Shown here: positions 1-12,898 of the stretch, piece after piece
How the letters are laid out: each line of letters opens with the position of its first letter
How positions within the stretch are numbered: position 1 is the first letter of the stretch
Assembly: GCA_013265495.1 (NCBI GenBank)
Contig: MU058241.1
Coordinates: 124,001-188,000 of the forward strand
From: Vicugna vicugna
Taxonomy: Eukaryota
Length of the DNA stretch: 64,000 nt
Direction of reading: 5' to 3'
Notes under the pieces: model-generated
Told to the model about the DNA's origin: nothing
What the model saw: only the letters and a program-made list of their open reading frames with translations
Database searches by the model: none
Program-made: the position numbers and the translations under genes

Positions 1-12
1 GGGTTTGGTGGT

Positions 13-109
13 TACTATAAAAACGTTCAGTCTTTGATCAAAGTTGCATTGCTATAGCAAATACTATAAAAATGTTTCGTTCTTGATCAAAGCTGCATTA
101 CTATAGCAA
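13..109. repeat. Tandem duplication, 49-bp period (13-60 and 62-109)
   Basis: 41/48 identical by manual alignment. Confidence 0.9.
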
Positions 110-721
110 CATTATTTGTTCCTGGGATTTTAGAAAATTTCTGTCATGTCTCATAGATGTTTCCTGCATTTTGTTTCACACATTATTATTATTTTCTTTT
201 TTCCTGGCTGTGAAATAAAATCTGGGTGGTTAGGCATTTCCCACAAAGTCGAAAGTCATCACAGCTTACTACTACATGTTGATTTACTATTCATGTGTGA
301 ACAAATAACTTGCCCAGAAAAATGCTGTCTGTAGCTGAGGCATCCCGGCCCCGTCTGCAGCTGGGGGTAGGATGAGGTCAGCGGCAGGCCTGGCCACTCC
401 CGTCTGAGGGCCTGCTGCCCAAAACCTCCAGTCAGTCTGGGACAGGAATAACTCACGGAGGATCGAACAAGACCCTTTTGATCAGGAAAATATTATTTTT
501 GCATGCGCTGGGGGTTTTTGCATGTTGCTGAAAAACAACCATATATTCTGCTCTTCAACATATTTTCTTTATCAGAATAAAACAAACTTCAGATCAACAA
601 AAATTATGACTCAAACAGAATCCCCTCTTCCTTCTCAGGTACAGAATTTATTCCTTTCTGGTTCAGCATAAAATGAGAACAAGGTCCCAATGACAGACTA
701 GTTGTATCATACATGTTTTGG

Positions 722-940
722 CCATTCATTCATCCAAAAATATTTGAGTACTTATTACTCACTAAACACTAAACTTGACGGACTTATTTAAATTTGGGGA
801 TGCAGTGGTTACTCAAACTGGTCTGTCCCCTGTTCTCATGGCCCTTATAATATAGAAGGGGAAACCAGTGTTTCAAAAATGCAATAACTAAACAGTTACA
901 AGACAATGTGACATAACTGGCAAAGACTGAACTGATGGTT
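722..940 (-). mobile_element. L2 3' end fragment
   Basis: cattcattca tail followed by an L2-like segment (tgtcccctgttctcatgg...). Confidence 0.6.
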
Positions 941-1062
941 AGGGAAATGGAAGTCAAATGGGCCAAAATATTTTGACTTTGCCCAAGAGTCTTAGAAAAA
1001 GTAGTGATGTGAGATAAAAGAGCATAGGCTTTGGAGTCAAAATGTCTGGATTTACTTCCTGG

Positions 1063-1535
1063 TTTATCAGGTATCTACTGCTGCATAACAAATCACCCCC
1101 TAGCAGCTTAAAACAATGAATCTCATTGTTTCTGGGAGTAGGAATTTGGGAGCAACCTAGCTGGGTGGTTCTAACACGGGGTCTCTCATGAGATTGCAGT
1201 TAAGATTCCAACCCTGGCTGAAGTTATCTGCAGCCTTAGTTGAGGCTGGAGGATCTGCCTTCAAGATGGCTCTGGCTCTGTTCTCTGGCTTTTGGCCAAA
1301 AGCGTCATCCTCACCAAGTGGCCATGTTGAGTGTCTTCACAACACGGCAGTTGACTTACCCAGAGTGACAGAGCCAAGAGAGAGCAAGATGGAAGCCACA
1401 CTGCCTCATATGACTGAGCCCTGAAAGTCACATACCATCACATTGCCCTTAAACTATTGGTTGGAAGGAAGCCACACACTCAAGTTTGAAGGGAGAACTA
1501 TAAAAGAATCTGTGAACATGTTTTAATAAAGCCAT
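1063..1535 (-). mobile_element. MLT1-family (MaLR) solo LTR inserted in a MIR (MIR pieces at about 1000-1062 and 1545-1680)
   Basis: ctgctgcataacaaatcacccc start and ggctggaggatctgccttcaagatggctc core. MIR-like sequence on both sides. Confidence 0.8.
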
Positions 1536-1779
1536 GGCACCCACCCTGGCTCTGCTCTACTCTAGCAGAGGGATTGTGAGTTTTACTTTTCTCATGTGAG
1601 AATTAAGTTTAATGATACCCATGCCACAAGGCTGCTCAGAGGATTAAGTGAGATACCACAAGTGAAGAAAGCTTTGCAAATTCTGAGGAGTTATGTAGAG
1701 GCTTATCATCTAGGAAGGAGCAGAGAAACATGGAGCCTCACACTTGAAGTTCCCATTTATTTAGTTCAGGGTGTTTATT

Positions 1780-2140
1780 GCACAATGAAGGATTTCCAGG
1801 ATGATTCTGGAATGATCTGGGCTGTGGAAGTTTCCTTCACTGTTTCATTTTCATTCTCTTCTGTTAGAACTTCAGTTTGATATATGCTGGATGTGCTCAA
1901 TATTCCTTTGCTGGAACTAATTTTTAACTCTTTGTGTCCTTCTTCTGGACAGATTCCTTGATGTAATTTTCTAACCACAATTTCCTTTCTTGGCTGTGTT
2001 CAGCTTAGAGTAGCCTCTGTCTTTTTTTACAGTAGCCTCTGTCTTTTTTTTTGTTTCTTCCATTCTCGAGATGTGCAATTTATTTTTCCCATCCACCTGC
2101 TATTTTTCTTTACTCCTAACATTTGCTTCCATTCATAGAT
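1780..2140 (-). mobile_element. Ancient HAL1/L1 ORF1 fragment
   Basis: Purine-rich - strand resembling the degenerate L1 ORF1 coiled-coil region. Explains ORF 1775-1978. Confidence 0.5.
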
Positions 2141-4474
2141 GTTGCTGATCTCTGCACATTAGGGGCTTACAAACTAGAAGCGTTAAACCAACACAGGCAC
2201 GCAGAAAAGGGATACTAAAGAAACAACTGTCGACCAGTTAAGGGATGACTTTGGTGAATGAAGAGCAAATATTAATGTATCAGCATTACACACATTCAAC
2301 TGGACTGCTGTGATGAGGGCTATCTATCTTTAGCCTCCTTTCTTCTGGTGTCTTCCTACTTGTCTTTAGTACAGAGGCCGGTGAGTGGTGATGCTCAGAA
2401 TCCCAGCCGGAATGAGCAGGGTGAGCACACCAGTTGTTTTCTTTAGTATCTGCTATCTGCGTGTCTGTGTTGATCTAGCCTTGTGAGTTGGTAAGCCTTA
2501 ACATGCGAAGGTCAGCAACATCTCTGATCAGGGCTTTGGTGTGGGCTTCCTCTTCTTTTAGCCTTGGACTTCTGATCTGCTGATATCCCTAATTCCACCA
2601 ATGTGGCTGTATTTCAGCAAGAGTGCTTACTTGCCTGTTTGTGGATGGCTGTAGCTCTCTCCAAATATTGGCTATTTTTACCCTTCCTTTTTGCCTACTA
2701 TCCCTCCCTTCTCCCCTTTCTTCCCAAAGATCAGTGTCAAAAAGGATGAGAAAAGTGCCGGAGGAATGACACACAACTGCAATAGAAACCCTCTAACACA
2801 ACTTTCTTGGCTCATTCAAGCAATCTTTATGGAGCACGTCTTAATAATGGACTCTTCTATGCCACATGCTATTAGTTTGAAGAAAATGACACATAGCTTT
2901 CTATTTTTCCAGAACTCAATGCTATATGTTTCTGAGTTACTGGACTTCCCCATACTCATCAGATTCCTGTAGGAGTCTGTAATGACAGCTCTGTGGGTGG
3001 AGATTTGGCTGTAGACACTGCTGTTATGTATTAAGACCATCTCTGTTGACAGACTGTTGAGCCACTCGGGTGGACACAGGTACCTTGATGTTTCTCGTGT
3101 ACATCTTTGACTAGAAGTCAGAAGATCTCGGTTTAACATTGGCTTTGCCATCAACTAACAGCAAAGCAGGGTGTCCAAGGTCAGCATCACCACTGCTCAG
3201 CATGATTGCTAGGTTACGCCGCATTTGCTGAACGAATGAACAAAGATAGGATAAAGGGTAGGACCTTGGGTAATTCAGTCAACTTGTGTAAACTTCAGAT
3301 TCGTCATTTCAAAAATGAGATAACTACATTAATGCTGTTTAGAGACTCTGCTAAAACATTTAAGAAAAAAAGATTTTAAATTAAATTTTTGGATACTGGA
3401 TGGATAGTTTAGGGAAAAAAAACCCCAACACACCCAGAAAGGTCAATAAACTATGGTCGTGCTATATAATAGTTAAATATTATCTAGTGATGATTTCCCA
3501 GGAAGTAATTTTTTTTCAAGGAATGCACATAAACCCAAGATGGTATTTTTAATTAAAATTACCACCATTATCATCATTATTCTCCTAAGGTGCTTTACTC
3601 CGGCAAGCAGTTACAGAATTCACCTGTTTCACACTTGGGTGTTTGGATCTCACTCAGGCACCTTGATCAATGCAACATTTTAATAATTTGACAAATCCTC
3701 AGCAATCACTTACCTAAACTCCTTATTACATCCATTCTAATTTTTTTCTGTATGGCGAGTTTTTTAATAAATCTTCCTAGTAATGGATTGCTGAGTCCCC
3801 AACACAAAAAGAATTGGACTTCCTGTCTACCCTTCTACACTTATGTGGGTTTCCAGCAGACAGCCTGCCACTAGCAAGGTGAGCTCACTTTCCAATGTAC
3901 AGAGGGCTAAGTTTCCCCTAGTTACATATTTGCTACCAATTTCCATAGATTAATTTATGTTTCAGAAATTGATTCTGACTTTGAATTGTCCACTATGTGC
4001 CTCCCATCTGAAAACTTATGGAGAACATGTACAATGTTTATCATAGTGCTGGGACATATGGGACTAGAACAGTTAACTCTGTCTTGATGCTGCTTGCCTA
4101 ATCTGACACCAATCCATAAATCCTAACCCTTGGCTACGAACATTTCCTTAAAAAGCACTCTGGTTTTAGAATCTTCTCTGTAGTTGAATAAGCAAGTATG
4201 TGGGTTTTCAATTATAGTCTTGTAAGTCAGGAAAAAACCCGTTTTGATGTATTGCTTTATACACTAATCAGCAGTGCCACTGCCACCTTTGTAAGGTTTC
4301 TGAATATCTGAGGACTCTGTATGAGGTATAAAACCCCTGTACATGGGATTCCCAGGTTTATTGAGAATTCTACTCTGTTATGACCCATGGGATAGATGAT
4401 AAAATAGCTTGTCTTAAAGCCACTGGGAACAAATGGCTTTGGTGACTGAACTGAGTGATTAAAATGAGCAGGGA

Positions 4475-4700
4475 TACACAGTAGCAGTTAAGGGTGTGGG
4501 CTATGGTGTCAGGCTTCACAGGTTCAAATCCTTGTCCCTCCTTGGACAAATTATATGGGCTAGGCAGAATTTCTTACTCTCTCTGAGCCTCAGTTTCCTC
4601 ACTGAGAAAGGGGATAACCCACACTGGTTACTGGGGATTAAATGACTAAAACTAGCCAAATGCTTAGATCAGTTCTCTGCTCATAGAAAGTGCTCACTGA
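4475..4700 (+). mobile_element. MIR SINE
   Basis: ggttcaaatcc and ctctctgagcctcagtttcctca core. Confidence 0.85.
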
Positions 4701-5859
4701 AAAAAAAAAAAAGGCAATTCGTGCCATTACTTTTCCCTTGATACAAAGGATAAAAAATAAAATCCAGAAACACTAATTAAATTTTCTCCCTCTATTTTTT
4801 ACAGGATATTTCCTTGTGCAATTAGAAACTGGACTTTGGGATGAGGAGGTGGTGTCTGTGGGTAGAAAAATGTCTGGCTGAATAAAGGACTATTAAATAG
4901 ACATTTTATATTTTGGGTAATTACCCAGAATACAGAAGGCAGTTTTCTGTGCTTGGGAAACTCCCTGCTACAGTGGGAGAACCTTCTTAATTTTTGTTCT
5001 AAATTTTATTGCTCATGACAGGCTGTGTTCTCTTTGGAGGCCTTCTGAATATTGGATTTGCTCATATAATTACATGAACTGAATTATTCCACTTATCTGT
5101 GAGCTCTCATATATTTGGTTCCATGAATATAATTTGATACATTTGGCTAAAAGAGACGTAGGTTGGAAATATGTCGCAACATACAGCAAGTCTGGTTCAC
5201 AGGACTCTCTTCATATACAGATAAATAATTTGTTTCTCAAAAATTCAGAGGGCTTGGCATATCCAGTATGGTTTTATTCATAACACAGCTTTTTAAATAT
5301 TCAGTCTGTTACATGCACAGAATAGAGGAAAAACATGAGTTTAATCCTTCTTCAATGCAAATATTTGATAGGCCATTTAAAATTTTATTTCAATATCTTT
5401 CCTGAACTCAATTAAGTTATTAAGCTTTCTTTTATGGAAAAAAAAAATCATGCTCTACGAAGTCTCGATTTAACATTTTTTGTCAATTAAATTATATACC
5501 ACGTTATTTCAAAACTCATGTGGATTGCTGGCAACCATAACTAGACAGTTATGGAAAATTCTAGCAAGGCATAAAGACCATCTTTGCTCTTTTTATCAGA
5601 ATATAATCAGGAAAAGGAACTTTGTAGTAAGAGGTACAGTAGTTTCAAAAAGAAAAAATTTAATTGATGTGCAAAGTATCCATGTTTGATTTTTGATACA
5701 TTAAAGACTTATCAGTTAAAAAATTATTTTATCTGGTCTACTGAAAAATCTACTGGAAGGGCTGACACTGTGGAAAAAGTTTTTTTTCTATTGGAACGGA
5801 ATCCTTTTTGGGGTTATCAGTGCTTGGTATGTTTATATACGTGTGTGTTCCAATTATGA

Positions 5860-6350
5860 TGGTTGTGTAGATGAGCCCTGAAATACAGTGGCTTAAAAGA
5901 ATGGTAAAAATTTCTTAACTCTCCAGGTTTATACGCATCAGGAATCTGAGAGTGACTCAGTTGGGTAGCTGCGGCTTTAAGGTTGCAGTGAGATTCTGAT
6001 CAGGGCTGCAATTATCTGAAGGCTTGACTGGGGCTGGGGATCTGCTTCCAAGGTAGCTCCCTCACTCGGCTGGTACATCAGTCCCTCTCTATGTGACCTC
6101 TCCACAGGCTGCTTACGTGTCCTCACAGCATGGTGGATGGCATTTCCCAGAGTGGCTGATCCAAAAGACCAATATAAGACCTTCAACGCCTTTCACGGCT
6201 TAGCCTTGGAAATCACACACTATCACTTGTGCTGTATTCTACTGGTCATGCAGGGCCAGTTCTGGTTCATTGTGGGAGTGGACTATGTACGGGCATGAAT
6301 TCACTTGGTGAGCACTACTGGGGGCCATCTTGGAGGCTGGCTACCATGGA
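5860..6350 (-). mobile_element. MLT1-family solo LTR
   Basis: gaaggcttgactggggctggggatctgcttccaagg core and ggggccatcttggaggctggctacca end. Confidence 0.8.
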
Positions 6351-7962
6351 GCATGTATTTCCATCACCTGTTTTTATCAGCATCTGAGAATGTGCTTGGC
6401 AAAATACCAATCTTCCCATAAACTACCGGACATGATCTAGTTAAACACACAGAGAAGAAAAACTTAACATTTAAAAGAATAAGTTCAAACACAGCAAGTT
6501 TGGGAACCATGAATGTGATATGCTTTTGAACCAAAGATGGTTTTAAAGACACTTCCTTCTTTAATGGAAAAAAAGATTTAAAAGCTGTTATGTATGCAAT
6601 CATTAAGCTTGGAATTTTGCCTCCCCCCTCCTTGCCTGGCTAGAAGTTATGCATACTTGAGGACTTTAACACCTTACAGTGAGTGGTAATTCAAGTAAAC
6701 AGGTCATTAAATACAGAAAATATGTATGTGTTATGATTTAAAAATGAACATGTTCACATGGAAGAGAATCTGCAAAATTCGGGAGCTGCAAGCTAAAGGA
6801 TGCGGATATGTGTCTGGTTCCGTAAAACCTCTCCACCACTGGCAGCCTCCGAAGGAGCATGTCGATGTCTGTATACATGGTAGAAAACCCCAACTGCCTG
6901 CACTGGAGGATGTAAGATGCATCTGATACACTCCTGGAGGGAGCAGCTTTAGAGTCCCGGGCGTGGCTCTACAACATGAAGCATGGCTTAACGCCTTATT
7001 AAAGACAGCCTTGGAACAGGAACCCTGTGTTCCCTGCATTGTAGAACACAGGCACAGGCTGGAGAAAGAGGCGACTGGAGAAAAAGATTAATATAGAAAA
7101 AGCAATACCCAGATTTGATAGTCCACAGTTTCTTTGACTGGGGTGGCTCCTGGTTGTTTTATATGACCAAAGATCAACAATGGTGCTCACCCTCCAGCTC
7201 ATCAAAACTAAGTGCAAATATGTATTTGCAGATTTTCTGTTTCCTTACTTGTTTGGCTTTGTTGTTCTTCTTTATTGAAACTAGCTTTCCTGAGCAGCCA
7301 AATTTGAAAAATGGAATGGTGGGTTTGCTCTCTACCTCTAAGAATTTGTCAAGAAAAACAACTCTACCAGAAACAAAAAAAATCCCCACTCCCCCACCCC
7401 TAACTTTACCTCTGTAATAAGAAAACATAAAGAGATAGGGAGCTATGATAAAGATGAAACGATTCTTTGAAAAGGTTTAATAATAATTTGCTTTCAAGAT
7501 ACTCAAAATAGCATGTACAAGCGAGATAATATATATTTTTAATTAGATTTTTGTGGGGGATTCTTGTCCAGGCGCCATTTGCTAGAGGGTTATTTTTATC
7601 TGGGCTCTTCCTTTTCTAAAACTGTTACAGAGAATTATTTTCTCAGGACATCAACTTCTTGGCTCAAGTTGTAACCAGACAGGCTGCAGCATTTTTTTAA
7701 AGTATCTTTTTCTTCTTGTTTCTCATCTTTTATTTCTCAAAATACATGTGCTTTTTATAGATATGGGAGTAATTTTCAGATCAGGCTCTCTGAAAATAGT
7801 TTGAATTAGAATATATTAGGGGAAAATCGTAATTTACCCACAGAAGCACATCATGTTTTATTTTACAAAAGTAGTACACAGAGGCTGCAGACAAGAAAAA
7901 AATGAGGTAGAGACTTTTCTCTCAGCTATTATTTAAGCCAGAGTTTTGTTTATAGGAATTGT

Positions 7963-8799
7963 GTGTGTGTGTGTGTGTGTGTGTGTTTTTTAATTGAAGT
8001 GTACTTGATTTAAAATGATGTGTTAGTTCCTAGGAATTTTTTTTTAAATTGAAGTGTAGTTGATTTACAATGATGTGTTAGTTCCAGGCGTACAGAAAAG
8101 TGATTCACACATACACACACACACACATCTTTTTTTTTCAGATTCTCTTCTATTACAGGTTATTACAAGATATTGAGTATAGTTCCCTGTGCTATACAGT
8201 AGGTCCTTGTTGGTTATCTACTTTATATATAGTAATCTATATCTGTTAATCCCAAATTCCTTATTTATCCCCCCTTTCCCTTTTGATAAATTTGTTTTCT
8301 ATGTCAGCCTAGTTCTCTTTCGTAAATAAGTTCATTTGTATCATTGCTTTTTAGATTCCACATGTAAGTGATATCACATAATATTTGTCTTTCTCTGTTT
8401 GGCTTACTTCACTTAGTTTGATAATCTCTAGGTGCATCTATGTTGTTGCAAGTGGCATTATTTTATTTTTTCAATGGTTGAATAGTACCCCATTGTGTCT
8501 GTGTGTATATGTATGTATATGTATGTACGTATGTGTGTGTGTGTGTGTGTGTCTACCACATCTTTATTCAGTCATCTGTCAATGGACACTTAGGCTGCTT
8601 CCATGTCTTGGCTATTGTAAATAGCATTGCTGTGAACACTGGGGTGCATGTATCTTTTCGAATTAGAGTTTTCTCCGGATATATGCCCAGGAGTATACAG
8701 TAATTCTATTTTTAACTTTTTAAGGAACCTCCAAACTCTTCTACATAGTGGTTGCACCAATTTACATTCCCACCAACAGTGTAGGAGGATTCCTTTTTC
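7963..8799 (-). mobile_element. 5'-truncated L1 (3' UTR) with TSD TATAGGAATTGT (7951-7962 and 8800-8811)
   Basis: Poly-T/TG head, typical L1 3' UTR text and an exact 12-bp flanking repeat. Confidence 0.9.
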
Positions 8800-9249
8800 T
8801 ATAGGAATTGTTTTTAATGTTATATGGACACATTAATTAAAAGAAATTTAAGCACAACTAGTTTCTTTTCTGCTTTGCTCTGTTTATATTTCTCCTCAAA
8901 TACCTCCTCATGGCTGAAGAAGTCCATGGGTCATATTTTACAAGGATACCCTTTTCCAGCTGTGGAATTAATTCTAGAAGATTCAAAAGAATTTTGTCCC
9001 TTGGATCTGTTTCTCCTGTCCACTCTCATTGACTGTCTTCTGGTTCATGCCCTTCATCCTTCTACTGATGACTATAGTGGTGACTCAGACTCTTCATGTC
9101 CAATTTAGTTTCCACATTGCATGAGATTATTATTACACAGAAATACTTTGATTGGATCCTATCTGCCCAAGAGTTTGTGAACACTTTCCATTACTATTAA
9201 GTAAAGTCCAAACTGCTGTAAGTCAGCACTGATGATACATCAAAAAACT

Positions 9250-9540
9250 GACACTGAGAAACATGCATATGCTGTATGATCCAGCAACTAACCTCTTAGG
9301 CTTGTCTCAGAGAAATGAAATTTATGTTCATACAAAGAGTCAATAAGAATGTTCATAGCAGCTTTATCTGTAATAGCCCCAAACTGGAAACAACTCCCAG
9401 TGTTCTTCAATAGGTGAATGGTTAAACCAACTGTGGTACATCCATACTATGGAATACTACAAGGCAACAAAAAGGAACAGGCTAATGATAAAAACAACCT
9501 GCATGAATCTCCAAGGAAATATGCTGAATGAATAAAGCTT
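9250..9540 (+). mobile_element. Old L1M 3' fragment
   Basis: gaatgttcatagcagctttat...aactggaaacaac...tggtacatccatactatggaatactac. Confidence 0.8.
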
Positions 9541-9699
9541 ATTATTAGTTGAGGGCTGCTCACAAGCAGAAAAATTCCTCAGCATTTAAAGTCTGCTGCT
9601 CACAAGAGCATAGTATAATTGGTCACTACAGAAAATTCCCAAGCCCAGAGCAGTGGGTGTCAGCAATTCGAGGACAGCCTGGCAGACATGAAAATGTAT

Positions 9700-9930
9700 G
9701 TGCCAAGGGGATATGGGTAGGTGCAGAAAGAGCTAATGACTGAAAGTGAAATTAAAGAAATCTATCAGAAAGTAGAGCAAAAAGACAAGGAGATGGATAA
9801 GAAGAAAAAGGATAAAAAATTAGAGGACCATTCCAGAAGGTCCAATATCTAAATAACAGGAGTTTCAGAAAGAGAAAAAACAAAAACCAGAAGAAATAAA
9901 TCATATTTTTTTAAGTCCAAGAAAATGATT
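9700..9930 (+). mobile_element. HAL1/L1 ORF1 fragment
   Basis: attagaggaccattccagaaggtccaatatctaaataacaggagtttcagaaagag motif. Confidence 0.65.
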
Positions 9931-10254
9931 TCTGCTTCTGATAGGCACATGGTAGCTGCTTAGTTCTGAACCACCTCCTAGAAAACAAAGCTACAAGAAA
10001 AACAACAGCAGCCTGCAAGTGACGTTTTTGGTGAATCTGGGAGTCAGAGAAAATCTGCAGACTCCAAATTATAAGCATAGATTCCAAAGTCAGAACCAGC
10101 AGGAAGCCTCACAGAAAGCCACAGCAGTTTTGTATCATGATAGCATAAACATGGAGCTATAAAGTATCAGGCAAGATTAATCCAGGAATCACCTATGTAG
10201 AGGCAGTATTTGAAGGCATTGGAATAATCATTTTACCAAACAGAGGAGAAAGGG

Positions 10255-10520
10255 TTTAGTGTTTATAAAGATGCTTACAGATCACCTGGGCATCTCATTA
10301 CAAAGTAAATTCTGACCAGGGGTGGGACCTGTGGCTCTGCATTTCCAACAGGCCCCTGGGTGATGCTGATGCTCTGAGCAACCGGATCCATGGAGCACAC
10401 TTTGAGTAACAAGGCTTCAGAGCAGGGCTCTCTGCCTTGGATCACTTTTCAATCATCCAGGGAGCTTTAAAAAGTCCACTTGCTCAGGCTTCGTCCCAGA
10501 GCAGTCCATGGAATCTCTGG
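10255..10520. mobile_element. MER5-type hAT-Charlie fragments
   Basis: ctgcatttccaacaggcccctgggtgatgctgatgc...cacactttgagtaac. Confidence 0.7.
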
Positions 10521-10565
10521 GGACAGTCATCCTTGGTCAACTGCAGCTCTACAGGCAGAATCTGG

Positions 10566-11407
10566 TGCTTAATACCTCTAATTATTAGAAAAATGGAAAT
10601 CAAATCCACCATGAGATATCACCTCTCACCTGTCAGAATGGCTATTATCAAAAAGTCTACAAATAGCAAACGCTGGAGAGGATGTGGAGAAAAGGAACCC
10701 TCATACATTGTTGGTGGGAATGTCAACTGGTGCAGCCACCACAGAAAACAATATAGAGGTTCCTTAGAAAACAAAAATAGAACTACCATATGAGCCAACA
10801 ATTCCATTCCCGGGTATAGATCCAGAAAAAGTGAAAACACTAATTTGAAAAGATACATGCACCCCAATGTTCACAGCAGCATTATTTATAACAGCCAAGA
10901 CACGGAAGCAACCCAAGTGCTCATCAACAGATGACTGGATTAAGAAGACGTGGTATACATACACAATGGAATATTACTCAGCCATGAAAAGAATGAAATA
11001 CTGCCATTTGCAGCAACATGGATGGAACTAGAAAATACTATGCTAAGTGAAATAACTCAGGCAGAGAACGACAAATACTGTATGATAGCACTTATGTGGA
11101 ATTTAAAAAATAACACAAATGTATATAGAAAACAGAAACTGACAAACAGACATAGAAAACAAACTTGTGGTTACCTAATGGGAGAGGGAAGGAGGGAGGG
11201 ACAAATTAAGTGTATGGGATTAAAGATACAAACTACTATATATATAAAATAGCCAAGCAACAAGGATATACTGTGTAGCACAGGGAATTATACCCATTAA
11301 CGTGTAATAACCTATAACGGAGTATAACCTGCAAAAATACTGAATCACTGTAATGTACACCTGAAACACAATATTGTAAATCAACTATACTTCGAAAACA
11401 AAAAAAA
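10566..11407 (+). mobile_element. 5'-truncated L1 (ORF2 C-terminus, 3' UTR, poly-A)
   Basis: Translates to the L1 ORF2 C-terminal motif TMRYHLSPVRMAIIKKS. A-tail at about 11395-11407. Flanking repeat AGGCAGAATCTGG. Confidence 0.92.
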
Positions 11408-12898
11408 GAGAAGCTTTTGGTGTAGGGAGGAATAAAGGCAGAATCTGGGATTAGGTTTTAAACTAGATGCCACAGAGGTCACACAAATGCCTTAAAGAGG
11501 GAAGCAAGCCAGATGTAATGGAGGAGACCTGGAGGCCCTCAGGCAGTGGCCACAGCCTGTTACCAGATATTCTGATTTTTCAAGAGGGCAAGGCATTTGG
11601 ATGGTTGATGAGAAAACAATAAATTTTTACATGTTGTCATCTAATCCAGGTTTCCCTGAGATATTGAGAGGGACAGAACTGGGCAGATCAAAAAAATCTG
11701 TTCGTGGGATTTGGTTTGGCTGGCTGGGTGGCAACCTCTGATCAAGATAGGCACTCAGAAGTGTGCAGGTGTGCAGGGAGGGGTTTCCTCATCCCAATGA
11801 CTGAGGTTTGGTAGGTTCAATGGAAAGGGTCCAGGGATGCCAAACACCTGCAGTGCTGGGACAGCTTTGCATAATGAAGACTTATCCTGATAAAATGGCA
11901 AAGATCCTACCAGGGAGAAGAGGCACTTTAGGACTTGAGAAGAACAGCTTGAAAAAGTGACTAGGAATCCAGAAGGTATCTCCATCTTATTTCCTAGGAT
12001 ACAATTATCTACAGCCAGCCAGTCAGCCATCTGGTGTCTATCTATTCATCAATATATTCACATAAAACTTTTTTTTGGTAAGGAATTATTTGAGGCAATG
12101 GAAAAATCTGTTATCAATGCCTTATCGATTTTCTTTTTCTGACACATACTACACATTTAAAGTTATGTGTTCAGATTAACCCATGAAAAGCTCCATGAAC
12201 ATGTCCATCTAGGAAGTTCATGTCTCTACCTTTATGCCAATATTCTTTTGTCCATTCATTAATCTATACAACACACACCTGAGTACATTTCCATGGAGGC
12301 TGCCAGCACAATGGCCCTTAAATCATCTCAACTTTATACTTTTATCTTTCACTCATATGATCCTCTACTCCTCTGTTACCAGTTAAAAAAAAAAGCCCCC
12401 TTGTATTCAATGAAAATAATCATTTTGCTAAACCTGACTAGGTAACTTGGCTATGTTAGGTGAGGATTTATAGACTTGTACCATAAAGACATAACTCTAT
12501 ATTACACAGAAGGAATATAGTAGAAATTTTGCTGATTAAAAGGCACCATACTGAAGAGTGACAGTGTGCACTGAGGGAGAAAAATGGAAGTTAAGATTGA
12601 CTTGCAAGTACAAGGTTCTATAATGGGAGATTCAGAATGTCAATTGGCCATTTATTTCTGGAATGGAATTCCTTCTACTGCCATAGTTATTTAAGTCTGA
12701 TTTAAGTCTTTACATGCTCACAGTTCTGTGATCAGTAACATAAAGAAGAATCCACAACGCACTGTGTGCCAGGGCTGTTCCTGATCACTGTCGGAAATCA
12801 CTTACTCACTTCCGTCTTAGCCCTCCAGAACCTAAACTCTGTGGGGCAAGACCTAACAGGTCTTGTTCAGCAATCAGAGTAGGATCTGGCACTTAGCT

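Larger units (their letters stand above)
457..7337 (-). pseudogene. Remnant multi-exon gene of unknown identity (candidate exons 7191-7337, 6368-6436, 3714-3776, 457-527)
   Basis: Each segment is bounded by AG and a GTGAGC, GTGATG, GTAAGT or GTGAGT donor. The first three are 147, 69 and 63 nt, all multiples of 3 and phase 1-1. In-frame TAG at 6423-6425. Confidence 0.4.

Noticed and set aside
13..109. CRISPR-like repeat
   Set aside because: Only two adjacent copies with no spacers, in a eukaryotic context.
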